A stretch of DNA of 64,000 nt, from assembly GCA_046583355.1 (NCBI GenBank), contig JAYGCM010000057.1, positions 1 through 64,000 of the forward strand, in the 5' to 3' direction. Position 1 is the stretch's first letter. Every line of letters starts with the position of its first letter. Source of the DNA: Deltaproteobacteria bacterium. Its GTDB lineage: Bacteria > Desulfobacterota > Binatia > UBA12015. A model generated the notes under the pieces. It had not been told where the DNA came from and made no database searches. It saw only the letters and a list, made by a program, of their open reading frames with translations. Made by a program: the position numbers and the translations under genes. Below, in pieces: positions 9,054 through 18,915 of the stretch.

Positions 9054-10105
9054 TGCGTGACGTAGCCATCGTCTCTTTCGCGCAATCCGTTGCCGCGGTC
9101 GAACATGAGCGCAATGAGGTCGAGATCCTCATGCCGGTAGTACAGGAGGCCGTAAAGGCCTCCGGCATGGAGCGCTCGGAGCTCGAATTCACCTGCTCGG
9201 GGTCGAGCGATTTTCTGCAAGGACAACCCTTCGCCTTCGTGATGGCGCTCGACGCCGTCGGCGCGTGGCCGCCGATCAAGGAATCCCATGTCGAACAAGA
9301 CGGCGCCTGGGCGCTCTTCGAAGCCTGGGTGAAGATTCAGACCGGCGACGTCGACTCCGCACTGGTCTACGGCTTTGGCAAAAGCGCCTCGGGCGACCTG
9401 CCCGAGGTCCTCTCGCTCAGCCTTGACCCGTATTGCGTGACCCCGCTCTGGCCCGATCTCGACAGCGTAAATGCCCTGCAGGCGCGTGCCTGGATGGAAA
9501 AAAACGGCCGCACGGAACGCGATCTCGCCGAGATCGTGCAGCGCAACCGCCACAACGCAATCGACAACCCGCATGCGATTCACAAGGGCGATATATCGAT
9601 TGACGAACTTCTGGCCGCGCCGCATATCGCCTCACCCCTGCGCGAATCCGATTGCGCCGGCAAGGCCGACGGTGCCAGCTGCATCGTCCTGGTTGCCGGC
9701 GACAAGGCAAAAGAAGTCTGCGAGCGACCGGTCTGGATCCGCGGCTTCGACCATCGTGTCGACCCGGCCGCGCTGGGTGTTCGCGACCTCACGACCTCGG
9801 CATCCGCGCGCATCGCGGGCGAAAAGGCCGGCGTGAGCAAAGACAAAATCGATGTCGCCGAACTCTATGCACCCTATTCGCACCAAGAGGCCATCCTGCG
9901 CGAATCCCTGGGCCTGGGCGACGAGGTCGAAATCAACCCATCGGGCGGCGCACTCGGCGGCCATGTCCTGATGTCTTGCGGCCTGCAGCGCATCGGTGAG
10001 GCCGCTGCGCGGATCGCTTCGGGCAAAGCCGATCGCGGTCTCGGACATGCCACTCACGGCGCTGCTCTGCAACAAAATCTGATCTGCGTCCTGGAGGGGG
10101 AATAA
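9053..10105 (+). CDS. Thiolase-superfamily (SCP-x/Ltp4-like) protein
   Basis: Start MRDVAIVSFAQ overlaps the upstream TGA; CSGSSDFLQGQPFAFV..GAWPPIKESHVEQDGAWAL; INPSGGAL. Confidence 0.85.
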   Translation: MRDVAIVSFAQSVAAVEHERNEVEILMPVVQEAVKASGMERSELEFTCSGSSDFLQGQPFAFVMALDAVGAWPPIKESHVEQDGAWALFEAWVKIQTGDVDSALVYGFGKSASGDLPEVLSLSLDPYCVTPLWPDLDSVNALQARAWMEKNGRTERDLAEIVQRNRHNAIDNPHAIHKGDISIDELLAAPHIASPLRESDCAGKADGASCIVLVAGDKAKEVCERPVWIRGFDHRVDPAALGVRDLTTSASARIAGEKAGVSKDKIDVAELYAPYSHQEAILRESLGLGDEVEINPSGGALGGHVLMSCGLQRIGEAAARIASGKADRGLGHATHGAALQQNLICVLEGE

Positions 10106-11262
10106 TGGCGGAACTCTGTGGAATCGTCGGAATCGGCCAGACCCAACTCGCGGCCAAGCGCATTGATGTTTCGATGCCCGGCCTGGTCCGCGAAGCCGCC
10201 TTGCGTGCGCTCGAAGACGCCGGCCTGGGCTGGCAGGATATCGATGCCTTGGTGATCGGCAAGGCCCCCGATACCTTCGAGGGCTGTGTATTGCCGGAGC
10301 TCTATCTCGCCGATGCTCTGGGCTGTACCGGCAAGCCACTGCTGCGCGTGCATACCGCGGGCAGCGTCGGCGGCTCGACCGCGGCGGTTGCCGCGAGCAT
10401 GATTCAGGGGGGCATCTACGACCGCGTCCTGACGGTCGCCTACGAAAAGCAATCCGAATCGAACGCGATGTGGGGCCTGACGATCTCGGCGCCCTTCGGC
10501 GTTTCGGTGGTTGCAGGCGCCGGCGGCTTTTTCGCACCGCTGGTGCGCGGCTATATCCGACGCTCCGGCGCACCTGACGATATCGGTATCATCACCGCAG
10601 TCAAGGATCGAAAAAACGCCCTGAAAAACCCCTACGCACACCTCAAGCTCCCGGACATCTCCTACGAGATGGTCAAGGAGTCGCCGATGCTCTGGGATCC
10701 GATCCGCTACCTCGAGACCTGCCCCTCTTCGGATGGTGCGTGCGCGATGGTTCTGGCGCGGGAAGACCTGGCCGACAAGGCCCCGCATCGACCGGCCTGG
10801 GTGCATGCCACCGCGATGCGTTCGGAGCCGACGATGTTTGCCGGCCGCGACGCGATCAACCCGGAGGCGGGCAAAGTCTGCGCACAGGAACTCTATGCCA
10901 AGGCCGGCATCACCAACCCACGCAAAGAGATCGATTGCGCCGAGGTCTATGTTCCCTTCGCCTGGTTCGAGGCGATGTGGCTCGAGAATCTCGGTTTTGC
11001 GCCCGAAGGCGAGGGCTGGAAATCGGTCCAGGACGGCTCGACCGCAATGGACGGGGATATCCCCTTCAATATGTCGGGCGGCGTGCTCTCCTCGAACCCG
11101 ATCGGTGCCTCGGGAATGCTGCGCTTTGCTGAAGCCGCCATGCAGGTGCGCGGCCAGGCCGGCGAGCACCAGATCGACAAGGCACGCAAGGCGCTCGGGC
11201 ATGCCTATGGCGGCGGTTCGCAATATTTCTCCATGTGGATCGTCGGGGCTGAGAAGCCCTGA
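10105..11262 (+). CDS. Thiolase-superfamily (SCP-x/Ltp3-like) protein
   Basis: GKAPDTFEG..PELYL..RVHTAGSVGGS; ETCPSSDGA; NMSGGVLSSNPIGASG; GHAYGGGSQYF. Confidence 0.88.
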   Translation: MAELCGIVGIGQTQLAAKRIDVSMPGLVREAALRALEDAGLGWQDIDALVIGKAPDTFEGCVLPELYLADALGCTGKPLLRVHTAGSVGGSTAAVAASMIQGGIYDRVLTVAYEKQSESNAMWGLTISAPFGVSVVAGAGGFFAPLVRGYIRRSGAPDDIGIITAVKDRKNALKNPYAHLKLPDISYEMVKESPMLWDPIRYLETCPSSDGACAMVLAREDLADKAPHRPAWVHATAMRSEPTMFAGRDAINPEAGKVCAQELYAKAGITNPRKEIDCAEVYVPFAWFEAMWLENLGFAPEGEGWKSVQDGSTAMDGDIPFNMSGGVLSSNPIGASGMLRFAEAAMQVRGQAGEHQIDKARKALGHAYGGGSQYFSMWIVGAEKP

Positions 11263-11294
11263 CGACCCGGGTCCAAAGCCGGCGCCTGGCCCGC

Positions 11295-12908
11295 GTGCTG
11301 GCGCTCTGCCTGGCGTTGCTCCAGACAGCCCTGCTCACGCATACGGCGTGGGATAAATCCGATACCGCCGACGAAGTAACCTATATCGCGGCGGCCGCCA
11401 GTCTCTTGGGTACCGGCACGACCCAACAAAATTGCGAGTCGCCCTTGCTGCCCAAACGCGGCTTTGGCGCGGCCCTGCTGCTCGCCGGCTACCCCGTCCT
11501 CTCGGCCCCCGAAGGCCTCGCTGCCTGGAACCATCTGGCCCGTGCTCAGCCCGCCGAGCCGGATACCGCAGGCAGCGTTGCGTCGGCCCCGACACCAGCC
11601 ATGCTGCAGCGACTCCTGCTGAGCGCACGCGCCGCAACCATTCTGGTCGTGGTGCTGGCCGGGCTGCTGCTCTTCCATATTGCCGGACGTTGGGGGCCCG
11701 GACCCGCGCTCGCCAGCCACGCACTTTGGGTCAGTTCGCCGCTGGTTCTCGCACACGGCTCACTGGCGACACTCGATGCCTGGACTGCGGCGACGATGGT
11801 ATTGGTCGTGGCCGCCGCCTTTCGCTTCGTGGATCAGCCGCGACAAAAACGCGCCGCCATGGTCGGCGTCGCCTGCGGCCTGGCCGCCGCGACAAAGATC
11901 TCGACGCTGGCCGCCCTGCCCGTACTCTTCCTCGTTCTCGGTCTCGCGATTCGCCATGGCCCTGCCGCGCATGGCGTCTCCCTGGGGCGCGCCGGGATCG
12001 CTGCCGCTGCCGGATTCCTGCTCTCCCTCTGGGCCGTCTACGGCCTGGCATTCGGCCCCATCGACCTCGCCAACCCGTGCCCCTTCCCGCCGCAAGCGGC
12101 GGTGCGCGAAGGGCTGCTCCTGCCCTTCCCTGCCTGGATCGAGGGACTTCTCTTCCAGCTGAGCCACGGCGGTACCGGGCACGCGAATTACCTCTTCGGC
12201 CAGGTCCGCGATACTGGCTGGTGGTGGTTCTTCGCCGCCGCGCTGGCACTGGAGGTTCCACTCGGCGTGCAAGCACTCGTCTTGCTGCGCGGCGCAGCCG
12301 CCGTAGTGAGACGCCAGCAACCGGTGTTCGGCGCACGCTTTGAGGAGAGCGCGCTGCTGGCCTTCCCGGTGCTGCTTTTCTGCCTGATGAGTCTCGCCCG
12401 CCACCAGGGCAGCCTCAGCTTTCTGATGCCGGCGTTGCCGCTGGTACTGCTCTGGCTGGGCCGCTCGCTGCGGCCGATCGGCCTGGCCTTCCCACGCACC
12501 GGGTTACCGCTGGCCGCCCTGCTGATCGCCTTGACCGGCGCCGAATCCCTGCGTGTACATCCGCATCACCTCATATTCGGCAACCTCTGGGCCGGCGGCC
12601 CCGCGGGCATCTCGGAGTATTTCGTCCACCGCAAAGATTGGGGCCAGGACAAAAGACGCCTCGGCGAGTGGCAGCGCGCACACGGCCCGGCGGAGATCTT
12701 CTACGCACCCTACGGCGAGAACGCCTCGGCCTGGGGCATCCGCTGGCGGCCCGTACCGTGCACGCAGACGCCGGGTGTCTATGCGATTCACGAGATCGAG
12801 TGGCGCCGGCCGCGCTTCTCACTCGCCCCCGGCTGCGCCGATTGGCTGGCGGAACGCACGCCGGACGAGACGATCGGCCACTCGATCCGCATCTACCGCG
12901 TACCCTGA
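11295..12908 (+). CDS. ArnT/PMT-like (GT-C fold) membrane glycosyltransferase
   Basis: Multiple TM helices; TADEVTYI, SPLVLAHGSLATLD, GLAAATK and DWGQD motifs. Confidence 0.7.
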   Translation: MLALCLALLQTALLTHTAWDKSDTADEVTYIAAAASLLGTGTTQQNCESPLLPKRGFGAALLLAGYPVLSAPEGLAAWNHLARAQPAEPDTAGSVASAPTPAMLQRLLLSARAATILVVVLAGLLLFHIAGRWGPGPALASHALWVSSPLVLAHGSLATLDAWTAATMVLVVAAAFRFVDQPRQKRAAMVGVACGLAAATKISTLAALPVLFLVLGLAIRHGPAAHGVSLGRAGIAAAAGFLLSLWAVYGLAFGPIDLANPCPFPPQAAVREGLLLPFPAWIEGLLFQLSHGGTGHANYLFGQVRDTGWWWFFAAALALEVPLGVQALVLLRGAAAVVRRQQPVFGARFEESALLAFPVLLFCLMSLARHQGSLSFLMPALPLVLLWLGRSLRPIGLAFPRTGLPLAALLIALTGAESLRVHPHHLIFGNLWAGGPAGISEYFVHRKDWGQDKRRLGEWQRAHGPAEIFYAPYGENASAWGIRWRPVPCTQTPGVYAIHEIEWRRPRFSLAPGCADWLAERTPDETIGHSIRIYRVP

Positions 12909-12920
12909 TCAGCGCGGCGG

Positions 12921-12947
12921 CAGTTGTAGTTTTCGGCCCAACCTCTA
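12921..12947 (-). repeat. Diverged copy of the GAGGCCCGGCCGAAAAG repeat family
   Basis: Reverse complement TAGAGGTTGGGCCGAAAACTACAACTG matches the 19.6-kb copy at 19/27 positions, with compensatory TTG/CAA in place of CCC/GGG. Confidence 0.5.
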
Positions 12948-12958
12948 AATTCCCACCC

Positions 12959-14107
12959 ATGGAGACGAGTCCCGCGATCCGGAATCTGCGCGATTATATC
13001 GCCATTCCATCCGTCAACCCGATGCAACGCGACGACCTCCCGGCCGAGCAGATCGGCGAGCGCCGCCTGGCCGAGCATCTGCACGAGCAATTTCGCCGAC
13101 TCGGACTCGATAGCGTGATCATCGGCCGCGGGGAACGCCGCAGCGTGGTCGCCGAGGTGACCTGCCCCGGAGCAGTCGATACCGTGCTTGTCGCCTCGCA
13201 TATCGACACCGTTCCTGTCGAGGGGATGGAGATTGACCCCTTCGACCCGAGGCTCGAAAACGGCCGCGTCCTCGGCCGCGGCAGCTGCGATACCAAAGCC
13301 GGCATGGCCGCCTGCGTCGCTGCGCTGGAGAAGGTTCTGCGCCAAGGCACGCTCGGCTGCAACCTGATACTTGTCGGCGAGTCCGACGAAGAATACTCGG
13401 GGCGCGGCGTCGCCGACGTCCTGGCGCACCTCGGCACCCGGCGGCCCGATTGGGTGCTCGCCACCGAGCCGACCCGCATGCGTGTCGTGACCGCCCACAA
13501 AGGCGTCGCAACCGCGCGCATCGCCGCACACGGGCGCGCCTGCCATAGTTCAGCCCCCAGCGACGGAAAAAACGCGCTGGTTGGTCTTGCCCGCGCCATT
13601 CTCAGCCTCGACGAATTGGCGGCACGCCTGGCGCAAAACGAAGATCCGCGCCTCGGCGCCGGCACCCTCTCGGTCAACCTCGCCGCCGGCGGTCATGCAT
13701 CCAATATCGTACCCGATAGGGCTACGCTCACGCTCGACCGGCGGCTCCTTCCCGGCGATACAATCGAGAGCATGCGTCGTGAAATCGAAGAGGCGCTGGC
13801 CGGCGCGGGCACCGACGGCCTGGAAATCCTCTCGTGCATTCTCGCGAAGCCACCCCTTGGCACCAGCGAAGAACACCCCGCCGTGGCGCGCTGCCAGTCC
13901 GCGCTCGCGCGCATCGGACTCGATACCGCGACCGACGTGGCGGCCTTCGGCACTGACGCCGGCATCTTCGCCCAGCATGGCATCCCCGGCATCGTGCTTG
14001 GGCCCGGCTCGATCGAGCAAGCCCATACCGCCCGCGAGTTTGTCGAAATCGACCAGGTCGACTGCGCCACCGCCTTCTTCGAGACACTCTTGCGCGCCGA
14101 TTCCTGA
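12959..14107 (+). CDS. M20/ArgE-DapE family metallopeptidase/deacetylase
   Basis: SHIDTVP, GRGSCDTKAG, DEE, EPT, FGTDA and GPGSIEQAHT motifs. Confidence 0.9.
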   Translation: METSPAIRNLRDYIAIPSVNPMQRDDLPAEQIGERRLAEHLHEQFRRLGLDSVIIGRGERRSVVAEVTCPGAVDTVLVASHIDTVPVEGMEIDPFDPRLENGRVLGRGSCDTKAGMAACVAALEKVLRQGTLGCNLILVGESDEEYSGRGVADVLAHLGTRRPDWVLATEPTRMRVVTAHKGVATARIAAHGRACHSSAPSDGKNALVGLARAILSLDELAARLAQNEDPRLGAGTLSVNLAAGGHASNIVPDRATLTLDRRLLPGDTIESMRREIEEALAGAGTDGLEILSCILAKPPLGTSEEHPAVARCQSALARIGLDTATDVAAFGTDAGIFAQHGIPGIVLGPGSIEQAHTAREFVEIDQVDCATAFFETLLRADS

Positions 14108-14170
14108 CACGCGCCAATGGCGCGACTTCCTCAAGGTGCCGGCGTGGCCTGCGCCGGTTAACATCTCGGT

Positions 14171-14749
14171 ATGGCGACAAAGGCTAAACGCGGTGGTTCC
14201 GCCAAAGATACCCGGAAACGCCTGCTCGACGCGGCCGAAGGCCTGATCCTCGAAGCCGGACCGAAGGCGCTGGTCCTCGACGAAGTCGCTCGCCGAGCCG
14301 CGGTCTCCAAGGGCGGCTTGCTCTACCATTTCGGCAGCAAACGGGCGCTGGTCGATGGTCTTCTCGACCGTTTGATTGCCCGCTTGCAGGAACAGCAATC
14401 GCGCCAAGCCGAGGCTGAAGCCTCGGCTCCCGGAGGCTGGACCCGCGCCTACCTCGACGCAACCGTAACAAGCGAGGGCGCCCCGGCCGACCAATCCGCG
14501 CGCCTCCTGGCCGCGCTGCTGGTCAATTTCGGGGAAGATACCGACGCGCTGGCCCCGCTGCGCCTGGCTTTCGGACGCTGGCAGGAAGAGATCGAGCGCG
14601 GCGCCGAGGACCCGGTCGAAGCGACCATCGTGCGGCTGGCTGCCGATGGCCTGTGGATGAGCCAACTCCTCGGCTTGAACCCACTCCCCGCAAGGCTGGG
14701 CCGGGCCGTCGTCGCGAAGCTCAAGGAACGTACACGCCAATCCTCATGA
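14171..14749 (+). CDS. TetR/AcrR family transcriptional regulator
   Basis: N-terminal HTH LDEVARRAAVSKGGLLYHFGSK. Confidence 0.92.
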   Translation: MATKAKRGGSAKDTRKRLLDAAEGLILEAGPKALVLDEVARRAAVSKGGLLYHFGSKRALVDGLLDRLIARLQEQQSRQAEAEASAPGGWTRAYLDATVTSEGAPADQSARLLAALLVNFGEDTDALAPLRLAFGRWQEEIERGAEDPVEATIVRLAADGLWMSQLLGLNPLPARLGRAVVAKLKERTRQSS

Positions 14750-14785
14750 TCCCGCGGATCCACCATTTAGTAAAGATCGTTGCCC

Positions 14786-14803
14786 AACTTCGAAATCGAA
14801 GTT
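14786..14803. promoter_or_regulatory. Palindromic operator candidate upstream of the ALDH-P450-ECH operon
   Basis: AACTTCGA-AA-TCGAAGTT, a perfect 8-bp inverted repeat in an AT-rich intergenic gap. Confidence 0.5.
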
Positions 14804-14853
14804 AGGTAGATTTCACAACTGGCGCTGGCGCTTGGCATGAAGGATCTTGTTTG

Positions 14854-16323
14854 ATGACATTGGCAATATTGGCACCTGAGACGCGTAATTTGATTGACGG
14901 AGAGCTCGTCGAGAGCGGCGCGGGAAAACGCTTCGACAATATGAATCCGGCCACAGGCGAAGTCATCGGCTCGTGCGCCGATGGCACCAAGGACGATATG
15001 GACCGCGCCATTGCGGCCGCGCGGCGCGCCTTCGACGAGACCGATTGGTCGACCAATCACGAACTCCGGGCACGCTGCCTGCAGCAGTTCCATGCGGCCC
15101 TGGTCGAAGATATCGAGCAACTGCGCGCCATCGTCACGGCCGAGGCCGGCTCCCCTGTCGCAGTCTCGAGCTTCATGCAGGTCGACGGCCCGATCGAGCA
15201 TATAGCCTATTGGGCCGAGAAGGCCGCCTCCTTCGAGATCGAAGAAGAGATGTCCGATATCCCGTTTTTCGGCCAGCAGAACCGACGCATTCTGCGCCGT
15301 GAAGCCACCGGCGTCGTCGGTGCGATCACGCCATGGAACGTGCCGCTCTACCTCAATATCGCAAAGCTCGGCCCGGCCCTGGCCTCCGGCTGCACGATCA
15401 TCCTGAAACCCGCGCCCGACACCCCGTGGTCGGCCACCCACCTCGGCAAGCTCATCTGCGACAAAACCGATTTTCCGCCGGGTGTGGTGAATATCGTCGC
15501 TGCCTCGGACCACCTGGTCGGCGAGGCGCTCTCGACCGACCCACGTATCGACCTGGTCACCTTCACCGGCTCGACCGCGACCGGCAAGCGCATCATGGCC
15601 TGTGCCGCGGGTACCGTGAAGAAAATCTTTCTCGAGCTTGGCGGCAAAAGCGCGGCCATTGTTCTCGACGATGCCGACCTGGCCGCCATTCTCCCGCAGG
15701 CCGCGATGACCTGCGTGCACGGCGGTCAGGGCTGCGCACTCACGACGCGTTGGCTGGTCCCGCGCGCGCGCTACGACGAGGCCATCGCGATCCTCAAGAC
15801 CGCGTTCGAGAACTGGAAGTACGGCGACCCGACGAACCCAGCCAACCTCCAAGGACCGCAGATTTCACGGCGCCAGCAAGAACGGGTTCTCGCCTATATC
15901 GAGAAGGGCAAAGCAGAAGGTGCGCGCCTGGTTACCGGCGGCGCCGCCGTAGAGGGTCCCGGTTTCTTCGTGCAACCCACGCTTTTCGCCGACGTCGACC
16001 CGAAAAGCACGATTGCGCAGGAAGAGATCTTCGGGCCGGTCTGCTGCGTGATTGCCTTTGATGACGACGACGATGCCGTGCGAATCGCCAATGATTCGAT
16101 CTACGGGCTCTCCGGGTCGATCCATTCGGGCAATGAGGAACGTGCGCTCAGCGTCGCGCGGCGCATCCGCACGGGCACCATCGCACTCAACGGCGGCCAA
16201 TGGTTCCACGTCGACACACCCTTCGGCGGCTACAAACAAAGCGGCCTGGGCCGCGAGAACGGCCAGATCGGCGTCGAGGAATACCTCGAGACCAAGGTCA
16301 TGTCGCTCCCCCCGAAAAACTGA
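14854..16323 (+). CDS. NAD(P)-dependent aldehyde dehydrogenase
   Basis: ITPWN, FTGSTATG, LELGGKS, GQGC (catalytic Cys), EEIFGPV, PFGGYKQSG. Confidence 0.95.
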   Translation: MTLAILAPETRNLIDGELVESGAGKRFDNMNPATGEVIGSCADGTKDDMDRAIAAARRAFDETDWSTNHELRARCLQQFHAALVEDIEQLRAIVTAEAGSPVAVSSFMQVDGPIEHIAYWAEKAASFEIEEEMSDIPFFGQQNRRILRREATGVVGAITPWNVPLYLNIAKLGPALASGCTIILKPAPDTPWSATHLGKLICDKTDFPPGVVNIVAASDHLVGEALSTDPRIDLVTFTGSTATGKRIMACAAGTVKKIFLELGGKSAAIVLDDADLAAILPQAAMTCVHGGQGCALTTRWLVPRARYDEAIAILKTAFENWKYGDPTNPANLQGPQISRRQQERVLAYIEKGKAEGARLVTGGAAVEGPGFFVQPTLFADVDPKSTIAQEEIFGPVCCVIAFDDDDDAVRIANDSIYGLSGSIHSGNEERALSVARRIRTGTIALNGGQWFHVDTPFGGYKQSGLGRENGQIGVEEYLETKVMSLPPKN

Positions 16324-16327
16324 AGCG

Positions 16328-17506
16328 ATGGAATTCTCTCCCTACGCCTACGAATTCCACGAGGACCCCTACCCGATCTACCGGCGCCTGCGTGAGGAGG
16401 CCCCTGTCTACCGCAGCGACAAGGAGAATTTCTGGGCACTCTCGCGCCATGCCGATGTATTGGCCGGGTTCAAAAATTCCAAAGACCTCTCGAACTCGCA
16501 TGGCGTCTCGCCCGATCCGTCGACGCGCAGCGAAATGGCCCGGCTCGGCACATCCTTCCTCGGCATGGACCCGCCCGAACATACGGCCTTCCGCAGTCTT
16601 GTCTCGCGCACCTTCACGCCGCGGCGCGTGGCCGCGCTGGAGCCCGCCATTCGCGCGACCGCGAGGGGGTATCTCGACGAGTTGGCGACGCGCACGCATT
16701 TCGACCTGATCGACGATTTCGCCGGCCTTCTGCCGATGGACGTGATCAGCGAGATGCTTGCCGTGCCCCCGGCCGACCGCGCGGAGCTACGCCGCAACGC
16801 AGATCGATTGGTCCACCGCGAGCCCGAACTCCACGATGTGCCGCCCGCAGCAACCATTGCCTTCGCCGCTTTACGTGAATATTTCGAGCAACATATCGAG
16901 CGGTTACGGCGCCACCCGGGCGATGACCTCCTCTCCGGCCTGATTGTTTTGGCGGCAGACAACGACATCCTCAGCGACGACCAGCTGCTCTCCTTCTGCA
17001 ACCTCTTCGTTGTGGCCGGAAACGAAACCACCACCAAGCTGATCGGCAACGCCGTATATTGGCTGGCAAAGAACCCAGCCGAACGCGCCAAGGTCGCGGC
17101 CGATCCCACTCGCATTCCCGCGTGGGTCGAAGAAACGCTTCGTTTCGACAACTCGACCCAGCTTCTGATGCGCTTGGTGGTGAACGATATCGAGATCGAG
17201 GGCACGACGATCGCCGCAGGCGAGTATATCGCCCTGCTGGTCGGTGCCGCGAACCGCGATCCGGCGGTGTTCCCGAACCCGGAAGTCTTCGATCTCGACC
17301 GTGATACAAGCTCGACGCTAGCCTTCGGCAAGGGCACGCATTTCTGCCTCGGCGCGTCCTTGGCCCGACTCGAAGGCCGGGTCGCGCTGGAGGAGTTCTG
17401 GAAACGCTTCCCGGATTACCGCATAGAAGAGACGGGCATCGAGCGCGTACACTCCGTGAATGTACGTGGCTTCGCCCACCTGCCGCTCCGTACCGGGCGC
17501 GGCTGA
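16328..17506 (+). CDS. Cytochrome P450
   Basis: AGNETT I-helix, EETLR, heme motif FGKGTHFCLG; start MEFSPY. Confidence 0.95.
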   Translation: MEFSPYAYEFHEDPYPIYRRLREEAPVYRSDKENFWALSRHADVLAGFKNSKDLSNSHGVSPDPSTRSEMARLGTSFLGMDPPEHTAFRSLVSRTFTPRRVAALEPAIRATARGYLDELATRTHFDLIDDFAGLLPMDVISEMLAVPPADRAELRRNADRLVHREPELHDVPPAATIAFAALREYFEQHIERLRRHPGDDLLSGLIVLAADNDILSDDQLLSFCNLFVVAGNETTTKLIGNAVYWLAKNPAERAKVAADPTRIPAWVEETLRFDNSTQLLMRLVVNDIEIEGTTIAAGEYIALLVGAANRDPAVFPNPEVFDLDRDTSSTLAFGKGTHFCLGASLARLEGRVALEEFWKRFPDYRIEETGIERVHSVNVRGFAHLPLRTGRG

Positions 17507-17532
17507 GCTGAAAAAACGCAAAAGGAAATTCA

Positions 17533-18297
17533 ATGGTTGTCGAATTTGAAAAACAGGGCCGTCTGGCCATCATCACCCTGAACCGCCCCGAGGCGCGCAA
17601 CGCCATCAGCCCCGAGGTGGCCCAGGCCATGGAAGCCGCGCTCGACGAATACGAGAACGACCCGGAGCTCTGGGCGGCGATCCTCTGCGGCAACGGCAAA
17701 GCCTTCTGTGCGGGCGCCGATCTCAAGGCGATCGCCGCGGGTAACGCCGCCGGCATCGAGACCAAACGCGGCGGCTTCGCCGGCATCGTCCGGCGCGATC
17801 GCAAGAAACCTCTGATCGCCGCCATTGTCGGCTCGGCGCTGGCCGGCGGCACGGAGATCGCTCTCTCCTGCGATCTGATCGTCTGCTCCACCGAGACCGT
17901 TTTCGGGCTGCCCGAGGTCAAGCGCTCTTTGGTCGCGGCGGCCGGCGGCCTCTTTCGCCTGCCGCGCGCCATCGGCATGGCGCCGGCACTCGAGATCATT
18001 CTCACCGGCGACCCCATGGCGGCCGATCGCGCCTACCAGCTCGGCATGGTGAACCAGGTCGTCGCACCCGAGGAAGTCATGAACGCCGCGCGCGCTCTGG
18101 CCGACCGGATCATCGCCAACGCGCCGCTCGCCGTACAAGCCAGCCGCCGCATCGCCTCGCGCGCCTTCACCGACCAAGACGACGCACTCTGGAGCGCGTC
18201 GGGCCACGAATTCGTCGCCATCGCAAAATCCGAGGACTTCAAAGAAGGCCCCCTCTCCTTCATCGAAAAACGCAAACCCGTATGGAAGGGCCGCTAA
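17533..18297 (+). CDS. Enoyl-CoA hydratase/crotonase
   Basis: LNRPEARNA, FCAGADL, GGTEIAL.CD, FGLPEV. Confidence 0.93.
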   Translation: MVVEFEKQGRLAIITLNRPEARNAISPEVAQAMEAALDEYENDPELWAAILCGNGKAFCAGADLKAIAAGNAAGIETKRGGFAGIVRRDRKKPLIAAIVGSALAGGTEIALSCDLIVCSTETVFGLPEVKRSLVAAAGGLFRLPRAIGMAPALEIILTGDPMAADRAYQLGMVNQVVAPEEVMNAARALADRIIANAPLAVQASRRIASRAFTDQDDALWSASGHEFVAIAKSEDFKEGPLSFIEKRKPVWKGR

Positions 18298-18335
18298 AGG
18301 CCCGGCCGAAAAGCCGGCCTGCATCCGGGCGCCGC
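18298..18335 (+). repeat. Left 38-bp imperfect inverted repeat
   Basis: AGGCCCGGCCGAAAAGCCGGCCTGCATCCGGGCGCCGC; 35/38 identical to the reverse complement of 19630-19667. Confidence 0.85.
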
Positions 18336-18347
18336 GTGTGGCCGAGT

Positions 18348-18674
18348 TCAATTCCTCGATCGGGCCACGATATCCAGCGACTCGGTGCCGACACCGGCCA
18401 GCGTGATGTGGCTGCGTGTGCCGCGCGCCGTGGCCGTGCGAGCAGTGCGCACGACCACGCGGCCCGCGACGAGATTCTCCAGATGGAAGGTGCCATCTTC
18501 GGCTGTCAGAGTCTGCTCGCGGATCCCGTTGGGGCCGCGCGTGGAAACCACGACACCGGCAAGCGGCGCGCCCATGCTGTCGACGAGGGAGCCCCGGAGC
18601 GAGAGATCCCCGGCGGCCGGGGTGTCCTTGCGGCGACTGGTGCGGATCGGCAGGTAGGCACCGGTCTGGGCCAC
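18348..18674 (-). pseudogene. Carboxypeptidase-regulatory-like (prealbumin-fold) domain fragment
   Basis: LRGSLVDSMGAPLAGVVV....TLTAEDGTFHLENLVAG motif; no signal peptide or convincing start. Confidence 0.5.
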
Positions 18675-18915
18675 GGGCAGGGAAAAAGCGAGACAATGGT
18701 CGCAATCGGAACTCGATGAGATCGCACTCAGTCTGAACCAACGTCCCAGGAAGACTCTCGGCTTTCATTGCCCGCGGACAAGTTCGTCGAGGACGTTGGG
18801 TCGCCGCATTGAACCCACCCCGCCTACTCCTCATTTTCCGTCCGAAAAACATCCTTGAAAATCGGTCTTTCTTCTAGATATTTCGTATTTGATTCGCTAA
18901 GCTATGCTCAATCAA

